NCBI RefSeq assembly: GCF_964204645.1
Contig: NC_134028.1
Span: forward strand, 1 to 64,000
Direction of reading: 5' to 3'
Length of the DNA stretch: 64,000 nucleotides
From: Tubulanus polymorphus
Lineage: Eukaryota > Animalia > Nemertea
Part shown: one piece after another, positions 1 to 6,641 of the stretch
Numbering within the stretch: position 1 is the first letter of the stretch
How the letters are laid out: the number at the start of each line of letters is the position of its first letter
Made by a program: the position numbers and the translations under genes
The notes under the pieces: generated by a model
What the model was told of the DNA's origin: nothing
Databases searched by the model: none
The model's input: the letters and a program-made list of their open reading frames with translations, nothing else

Positions 1-2
1 GT

Positions 3-287
3 GAAATTGTATACTGCATCGAATGCACCAAGTGCAACATGCTGTACGTCGGCCAAACCGGAATGTCTCTACGAGAACGCGTCACTCATCACGTCTCACG
101 CATCAGAACGAAGAATTCGACTCCAGTCTCGGACCACTTCAACCAAGTCGACCACACCCGCGAACACTTTCGGGTGTACGGTCTCCAACACCTACCAGGC
201 TCCACGAGACCGATCCGCGAAGCAGCCGAACAAGACTGGATACGACGACTCGACACGAACACGCCCCGAGGCATGAACGTCCCGTAG
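3..287 (+). CDS. Family A ORF2 C-terminus (GIY-YIG endonuclease), cut by window start
   Basis: IVYCIECTKCNMLYVGQT...WIRRLDTNTPRGMNVP, identical to the end of the complete ORF2 copies. Confidence 0.93.
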   Translation, partial: EIVYCIECTKCNMLYVGQTGMSLRERVTHHVSRIRTKNSTPVSDHFNQVDHTREHFRVYGLQHLPGSTRPIREAAEQDWIRRLDTNTPRGMNVP

Positions 288-322
288 ACCGCCTCACTAC
301 AACAATTAACTCTCACTACTTT

Positions 323-436
323 TTTACAGGGATAACCCGCTGCCCGTGCACTAGTGGGGTCTCCAAACCTTCGGTTTGGTCCCCTAACCTCTATCTCTAA
401 ACCTAACCTTAGCCCGTGCCAGGTTTCCCTCGTAAA
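323..436 (+). ncRNA. Family A 3' structured RNA element enclosing a telomere-like segment (also 6677-6790, 13031-13144, 19384-19497, 28885-28998, 35136-35249, 41387-41500; cut at CCTAACC in 25733-25818 and 47638-47723)
   Basis: Pairings by eye: TTTAC-AGGGA-AACC (323-337) with GGTT-TCCCT-GTAAA (422-436); GCCCGTGC at 342-349 and 412-419; GGGG..CCAAA cTTCGg TTTGG..CCCC hairpin 356-384; TAACCTCTATCTCTAAACCTAACC 385-408. Confidence 0.65.
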
Positions 437-685
437 TTATCTTAACTGATTAATTATTAATCATCAATCTATTTGCAGAATCATCCTCCGTCGCCTGAAG
501 CAGAAACCCGCTCAGAGACAGAGTACAAAACAAACTCCAAGATCACAAGCTCCACAGGAATCATCAACCTTTTATCTTTTAATTAGTTCTCTCTGCTTTA
601 CTTTGAAAACTCAATCGAAATTCAGTAAGTAAGAAGACAGACCAAATATCAGAAACAGTTAGAAAAATAAACAAAAGCGCGATAT

Positions 686-1236
686 CGGGAACCGAACCCT
701 AACCGCTAGTACAGACTGGTTGCCTGTCCCAGGACGATAGAAACCGGTAACCAGTCCACCGCTATTATCTATTTCGAAAATATGCGTCAGCACTGAGATT
801 ATATCATAGAAACACCCGAAAAGTATTAATTAATCTATTATAAATTTAGAAAGAAAGGGAATCTAGAATAGGTAAGAATATACTCAATTACTAAAACGGC
901 GCGCCTGATCGGGACTCGAACCCGCGGCACCCGAATTAAGCTCCGGAGAATACTCGGGAACCGTACCCGCCGCTCCGAAATTAACCGCTAGTACTGACGG
1001 GTTGCCGGTGCCCCGCGTTAGATACCGGTAACCAGTCCACCGCTCTTATTTATTTTGAAAATATGCGTCGGCACTAAGATTATATCGTAGAAACATCTGA
1101 AAAGTACTATTGTATCCGTCAAAGATTCAGAATTAAAAGGAATCCAGAATAGGTAAAAAACATTTAGAATAGAACTATTCAATTACTAAACGGCGCCTGG
1201 TCGGGACTCGAACCCGCGGCACCCTAATTAACCTCC
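686..1236. repeat. Diverged ~270-bp tandem duplication in the family A spacer (present in each full spacer)
   Basis: TAACCGCTAGTAC..CCGGTAACCAGTCCACCGCT..GAAAATATGCGTC..GAATAGGTAA..CAATTACTAAA..TCGGGACTCGAACCCGCGGCACCC occurs at ~686-945 and ~955-1236. Confidence 0.85.
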
Positions 1237-2582
1237 GTTTAATCTATAACGTTCGGTCGGGGACCTAACCCGCTACGTCCTAATTAACTATTATCGTATC
1301 TACGCGCCAACTCTTGGAACATACTCTATATAGATCCGGGTGTCAAGTTTCAAATTTCTCTAAAACAGACAGTTTATTTTCGGATAACAATTCTAATGAG
1401 ATCGCTCAAAAGTATTAATAGCTATATTCAAAAACCGCACTATAGGTTGTAGAAGTATAAGAAGTTTATAGGATAAATAATAGTCCACGGACATCAATCA
1501 CTGTTTACAAGTCACTCATAATTAGTGACCGATCGGCCACCTGCGCCTCTTGACTAATTATCCGACTCAATTCTATACAAAATCGCAGTTACGACGCCTT
1601 CAAACTCATCGGTTTTTCTCAAAGAACACAGCCCAATATTCCCGATTCAAAAAGAGTTTTATATCCCGTATATATTTCAACCTTCGGATTAAAGAAGAGA
1701 TCATAGTGTTTTTGAACCACTCAAACTACGCAAGCTTAAACCGATTTACTGAATACCCGCGCTCCGGTCTGAATATATTTGTCACATGTTCAAGTTCACA
1801 TAGCTTTACTCGATCCTAATAACTCTAAATAAGCGTAGTTTATCTAATAGAATTATATTTAAGAACTTAGAATTAAAACAGACGTATTAGTAAGACATTT
1901 CTATCAAAACTCGTCACCCATAATTAGGGCTAATTAACCACCCGCGCTCACTCAGTAATTTAGATCTTACGGGTTATAACTTCCTACTAAATCGCCGACG
2001 CCGCGCTGTCTAATTCATCCAATTTTCGGTAGAATACCGCGTAGATATTTCAAAATCCGCTCTTAAAAGCTTTAGAATACGGAGAAAACTTGATTAACTA
2101 AGAACCGGATTTCACCATTTACGACTATTTAGTAAACACGCGTATATCGGAATACGCCTCGGCCGCGCACCGCTAATTAACGCGTCTAAACTAATTAGGA
2201 ATTAAGCAATTTTGAAACTGAACTCGGACATATTTCGAACATTCCGGTTCACGTATATTAATAATACATATTCTAGATTTCTCTTTATAGAAAACACTTT
2301 GAGTATTTATTAGGTTATATCGAAATAAACTTTTCAATTCTATATTAGACACGCCGTTCTTTAGATCTTTAGAACTATACATCAAAGCAAACTATTCAAC
2401 AGCTAGATCAAGGGCCATAATTAGTGCTGTTTTCTAGTCACTCTGGATCAAAGGCATAATTAGTCAGACCCCTAGTTTGTCTATTAGCTTGATCACAGAA
2501 GTACAATTAGTCTAGATCACAAGGTCTCATATGGTCACTTAACTTCTAACTCGAATACTGTTCACTTGTTGCGCGCTGCGTG

Positions 2583-2590
2583 TATAAAAA
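2583..2590 (+). promoter_or_regulatory. TATA box of family A (also 8937, 15287, 21639, 31054, 37305, 43556)
   Basis: TATAAAAA ~44 nt before the hammerhead; family B has TATAAAGA at the equivalent place; the copy at 60377 begins exactly 30 nt after the TATA position. Confidence 0.6.
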
Positions 2591-2613
2591 CCCGTGTCTA
2601 ATCCTAGTTCAGC

Positions 2614-4185
2614 ATGATTCCTGCACTGACACTGACGAAGGCAACCTCGCCGAAATATCTGTCAATGGAGCGATCTACTCGAAAGAAGAAACGACCACCA
2701 GCTGAGAAGACCAGCAAGGGCGGAGGACGCCCTGAGCGACACCAGCAACCCGGGATGTCGCCGAAAACCTATTATAGAGCTCTTCAAGTGGCGCACCACC
2801 TTGCCCAGTTGAGCTCTGGTCCGAAAGCGATTCGGAGGAAGAAGGACCATCTGAAGATGTTCCTGCGGCCGGCGGCTTGCACCGAAGCAGTAACGGTGCA
2901 GCTGCACGCTGCCGCGGACGTCTGGATGGAGACAGTTTCGAAAGAGCTGACCATCCATTACGCTGCCACATTTGTTGAGCTAATGGGTGATCCTCTGCCG
3001 GACTGTCTATCAGCACAGGATGTCGCCCTGACATGGGCCCGGAGGAATTTCGGCTCCCGTCTGAGCCCCGGAACGATCCGGCTTTTCAACATCGCGCTGG
3101 ATTTGCGGTCGAAATTCCGCGGTCAGGCTCTGTCTGACAAACTCAGAAATGTCCTATCTAACCCACCTTCTTCCCCTTCTCATTTCAGGTCACACCACCA
3201 GGAGGCACCCACGGAGCCGAAGATTCGTCCGCCGCCGAGACCGAGCCGGAAGATTCGAAAGCCCGCGACGCCGAGGACGCCTGCACCAACCGCAGTCGCG
3301 CCCGCCGCGCCCACAGCGCCTCCTTCTTTTTCTGATTCCAGGTCACCGAGAAGCTACGCGGATGTCACCAGGACGCCACCAACCAGAATGGCGCCACCAC
3401 CGAGAAGTCCGATGCCGACGCCGCCGCCGCCGCCACCAAGAAGTCCGACGCCACCGAGAAGTCCGACGCCGCCGCCTCGAAACCCGACGCCGCCGCCGCC
3501 GCCGCCGCCGCAGAGAACGCCGACCGCACCAACCAGCAGTCCGACGCCGTCTCTCTCTTCTTCTCTTTCCAGCTCTCCGTCTCATTACAGGTCACCAGGG
3601 CGCCTACTGCCAGCGCGAAGTCCGACGCCTACACCGAGACCGATGGCGCCCCAGGAAGTTCGCCGTCATCCGAATACGGGTCGGAAGAAACAGGATTGGA
3701 GTCTGCCACCAACCCGGCGACCCATTCTGGTGATTGGTGACTCAAATCTGAGTAACATCACATCAAGCCGCCGTCCGGATGACGTCCAGATCGAGAGCTT
3801 CCCCGGCTGCAAGATAGCTCATCTCGCCGACCTGATCGATGCTGTACCGGAGCGCCGAGATCGCCCGGATACGGTGATCATCAGCGTCGGAATCAACAAC
3901 CGCGACAACAACTTCGAAGCGACCGCCAAGAAGACCACACAGCGCCTGATCAACGCCGCAGTCAAGAAGTATCAGCACTCGTTCGTCCACTTCGTTCAAC
4001 TCAACACGACCCGCGAACACCAGCAGTTCGCCCGGAAGTTCAACGAATTCCTCGAGATTCACGACGACGTCACCGCGATACCACCCATCGATGATCGACG
4101 CTTCAGAGTTGTTGGAGACGGGATCCACTGGAACCGTGGTACAGCTAACACCCTGCTGGACCACTGGCTCAGTGGTTTAAACTAA
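2614..4185 (+). CDS. Family A ORF1: helical N-terminal domain, Pro/Ser/Arg-rich linker, SGNH/GDSL esterase (true start probably ATG 2665)
   Basis: SGNH blocks ILVIGDSN, FPG, IISVGINN, DGIHW; homologous to family B ORF1. Confidence 0.9.
   Translation: MIPALTLTKATSPKYLSMERSTRKKKRPPAEKTSKGGGRPERHQQPGMSPKTYYRALQVAHHLAQLSSGPKAIRRKKDHLKMFLRPAACTEAVTVQLHAAADVWMETVSKELTIHYAATFVELMGDPLPDCLSAQDVALTWARRNFGSRLSPGTIRLFNIALDLRSKFRGQALSDKLRNVLSNPPSSPSHFRSHHQEAPTEPKIRPPPRPSRKIRKPATPRTPAPTAVAPAAPTAPPSFSDSRSPRSYADVTRTPPTRMAPPPRSPMPTPPPPPPRSPTPPRSPTPPPRNPTPPPPPPPQRTPTAPTSSPTPSLSSSLSSSPSHYRSPGRLLPARSPTPTPRPMAPQEVRRHPNTGRKKQDWSLPPTRRPILVIGDSNLSNITSSRRPDDVQIESFPGCKIAHLADLIDAVPERRDRPDTVIISVGINNRDNNFEATAKKTTQRLINAAVKKYQHSFVHFVQLNTTREHQQFARKFNEFLEIHDDVTAIPPIDDRRFRVVGDGIHWNRGTANTLLDHWLSGLN
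2627..2664 (+). ncRNA. Minimal type I hammerhead ribozyme, family A
   Basis: TGACA-CTGACGA-A-GGC aacctc GCC-GAAA-TA-TC-TGTCA: stem I TGACA/TGTCA, stem II GGC/GCC, conserved core, predicted cleavage after C2659. Confidence 0.85.
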
Positions 4186-4212
4186 GTATTAGTGAGACCA
4201 ACGGGTCCACTA
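4176..4212 (+). promoter_or_regulatory. Predicted -1 ribosomal frameshift signal, family A (heptamer also at 10530, 16883, 23232, 26384, 32635, 38886, 45137, 61934)
   Basis: T TTA AAC in ORF1 phase directly before TAA; hairpin TAGTG-a-GACC aacg GGTC-CACTA 7 nt downstream; -1 frame is open into ORF2. Confidence 0.75.
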
Positions 4213-6641
4213 TTGGTGAGTTAAATCAACCGGAATTAACCAATGCTTCTCTGATTTCTTCCATTTCCAGGTCCGACGAACACGAAGAACCGGCACCAAA
4301 CCAAGCGCGACGCGATCCGGTCACCGCTCTCGGGAGCCCGGTGGTCAACCTCACACGTTCACTCCGCCTAAGTCCGGCGCAACATCAGCTACTCCGAAAG
4401 GGCCTCACTTATTGCCCGACTCCAAAAATCGGTTCTGATGCCGCCGCGACCGAGCGCACCAAGGGAGTGTGCCGATTCAACCGGCTAGTGAAACTCGACC
4501 ATCACTTCCGAGACAAACCGGACCGCGAGGCTCCGCGTTTCCGTCTGCCCAGCAGTTGGGCTCCGGATGAAATAGAACCAGTAATCGCCGGGTTCTGCAA
4601 CGACGCGCACGAATTGGCTCAACAAACCAGGGATACGCGTCGCGTAAATGATAACCTCACTAAACAGGAACGCGAAGCCCTCCAGCAGCTGCGTGACAAC
4701 ACTAATATTGTCATCAAAGCCGCCGATAAGGGTTCCGCTACGGTTATCATGGACCGCGACGACTACGTCCACGAAGCCATGCGCCAACTAGCCGATCTCG
4801 AGTATTATCAGCCGCTGCAGCAACCGATCTTCGAACAGACCGGGGAAGAAATTCGCGAAATCATCGAAAATATGGCTCGACGAAAAATCATCCCGCTAAA
4901 AACCGCCGAATATCTATTACCGCCCGATAATCCGAAACAGAGGCAGTTCTATCTGCTTCCCAAAATCCATAAAGAACGCGAGAAGTGGACGATACCCGAT
5001 CGCGTACCGCCGGGGAGACCGATCGTCTCCGACTGCGGCTCCGAAACCTACGAAATTTCGGAATGGATCGACTACTATTTGCAGCCGATCGCCCGCGGTC
5101 ACCCGTCGTACGTCAAAGATACCAACCACTTTCTAGATATTTTGGCCGGTAAACAATTTAGCGCCGATGCGTTACTCGTCACCATGGACATCGATTCGCT
5201 CTACACCAACATCCCCCACGAAGAGGGTATCGCCAGCATCCGACAAGCTCTCCGAGATAACCCGAACCCGGGACGCCCGGATGCCGAGCTGCTGAAACTA
5301 CTCGAAATCAGCCTGAAGAAAAATGACTTTAACTTTAACGAAAACACATATTTACAGGTAAAAGGTACCGCAATGGGTAAGCGTTTTGCTCCTTCTTATG
5401 CCAATATCTTTGTAGCCGAATGGGAAAAAGAAGGTCTGTCCAGAAGCGAACTCCAACCATCGCTATACGCTCGGTTCATCGACGACATCTACATAGTTTG
5501 GGAACACGGCCGCGAAACGTTGATGCAATTCATCGACGTCCTACAAACAGTGAGCCGATCCATCAAACTCAAGTTCGAAATCAGCGACACCAGCGTCAAC
5601 TTCCTGGACGTAACCACTTTCAAAGGCCCGCGATTCGAGACAAGTGGCACAGTAGACACCAAAGTCTACTTCAAACCAACCGATTCGCATCAATTACTAC
5701 ATCGATCCTCGTTTCACCCTAAACACACATTTTCCGGTATAGTTAAAAGTCAAATTCTCCGGTTCCGGCGCATCTGCAATAACGATTCGGACTTACACGC
5801 AGCGTCCGGAACCGTCCTTAAAGTACTCAGAGGTCGTGGCTACAAAGACCGCGAACTGCGACACATCAAAAGCCAAGCTCTACGGCACCACGCCGAACGA
5901 GATCTACGAGAACAACAACGGGCCGACGAACCGCCGAAAAAGCGTTTACCGCTTATCTTACCTCACTCCGAAGCCAACCGAACCCTAGCCCGTAACATCC
6001 GAACCAGATTTACGGAACTGGCTACGGCCACCGGCCGGTCTGACGAGGTAACCACGGTCACCGCCTACACCAAGCACAAGAGTCTCAAAGATCTCCTAAC
6101 TTCGTCGCAGCTCAAACCCACGGAGCCACCCCCTCCCCGAGTCCCCTCTTCACCGCATCGTAACAGAAATACTTCCGTTGTTTCCAATTCTTCTATTTCC
6201 AGGTCTACTCAAAGAACTCCGTCAACCCGACGTCGAGGCACCGAGAAATGCAGAACACCGAGATGTCGTACGTGTCCACTCGTCCGAGAAACAACCGTTT
6301 GCCGCAGCCACAACAAAATGCACGCGATCCGCAGCACAATTAATTGCGCGACCCGTGAAATTGTATACTGCATCGAATGCACCAAGTGCAACATGCTGTA
6401 CGTCGGCCAAACCGGAATGTCTCTACGAGAACGCGTCACTCATCACGTCTCACGCATCAGAACGAAGAATTCGACTCCAGTCTCGGACCACTTCAACCAA
6501 GTCGACCACACCCGCGAACACTTTCGGGTGTACGGTCTCCAACACCTACCAGGCTCCACGAGACCGATCCGCGAAGCAGCCGAACAAGACTGGATACGAC
6601 GACTCGACACGAACACGCCCCGAGGCATGAACGTCCCGTAG
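4176..6641 (+). CDS. Family A ORF2: PLE reverse transcriptase + C-terminal GIY-YIG endonuclease (frame open from slippery site; ORF track start GTG 4341)
   Basis: KAADKG, RPIVS, MDIDSLYTNI, GTAMG..FAPSYANIF, RFIDDI, NFLD; Cys linker CRTPRCRTC; IVY..YVGQT..R..H..E..N. Confidence 0.95.
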   Translation, partial: FKLSISETNGSTIGELNQPELTNASLISSISRSDEHEEPAPNQARRDPVTALGSPVVNLTRSLRLSPAQHQLLRKGLTYCPTPKIGSDAAATERTKGVCRFNRLVKLDHHFRDKPDREAPRFRLPSSWAPDEIEPVIAGFCNDAHELAQQTRDTRRVNDNLTKQEREALQQLRDNTNIVIKAADKGSATVIMDRDDYVHEAMRQLADLEYYQPLQQPIFEQTGEEIREIIENMARRKIIPLKTAEYLLPPDNPKQRQFYLLPKIHKEREKWTIPDRVPPGRPIVSDCGSETYEISEWIDYYLQPIARGHPSYVKDTNHFLDILAGKQFSADALLVTMDIDSLYTNIPHEEGIASIRQALRDNPNPGRPDAELLKLLEISLKKNDFNFNENTYLQVKGTAMGKRFAPSYANIFVAEWEKEGLSRSELQPSLYARFIDDIYIVWEHGRETLMQFIDVLQTVSRSIKLKFEISDTSVNFLDVTTFKGPRFETSGTVDTKVYFKPTDSHQLLHRSSFHPKHTFSGIVKSQILRFRRICNNDSDLHAASGTVLKVLRGRGYKDRELRHIKSQALRHHAERDLREQQRADEPPKKRLPLILPHSEANRTLARNIRTRFTELATATGRSDEVTTVTAYTKHKSLKDLLTSSQLKPTEPPPPRVPSSPHRNRNTSVVSNSSISRSTQRTPSTRRRGTEKCRTPRCRTCPLVRETTVCRSHNKMHAIRSTINCATREIVYCIECTKCNMLYVGQTGMSLRERVTHHVSRIRTKNSTPVSDHFNQVDHTREHFRVYGLQHLPGSTRPIREAAEQDWIRRLDTNTPRGMNVP

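Noticed and set aside
896-975. tRNA gene on the minus strand
   Set aside because: Only a T-arm/B-box match; no acceptor stem, D-arm or anticodon arm found
1550-2385. Short spacer ORFs (89 aa +, 64 aa -) and family B 52444-52647
   Set aside because: No recognisable motifs; the family A ones are disrupted in some otherwise intact units
3149-3733. Arg-rich, protamine-like 194-aa ORF in the +1 frame, and antisense Arg/Ala ORFs
   Set aside because: Expected shadow of CCG-rich Pro codons; no counterpart in family B. Would matter only if the 3122-3188 intron proves real
4190-4217. H-type pseudoknot via ACCAA/TTGGT after the slippery site
   Set aside because: The second strand directly abuts stem 1, leaving no connecting loop, and competes with GACC/GGTC; kept only as a hairpin
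4176-6641. Telomerase (TERT), LINE or LTR-element identity; selenocysteine-recoding Naiad-type PLE
   Set aside because: DKG, GTAMG and FIDD motifs plus C-terminal GIY-YIG are PLE hallmarks; no APE, RNase H, integrase or TERT-specific T motif seen; no in-frame TGA
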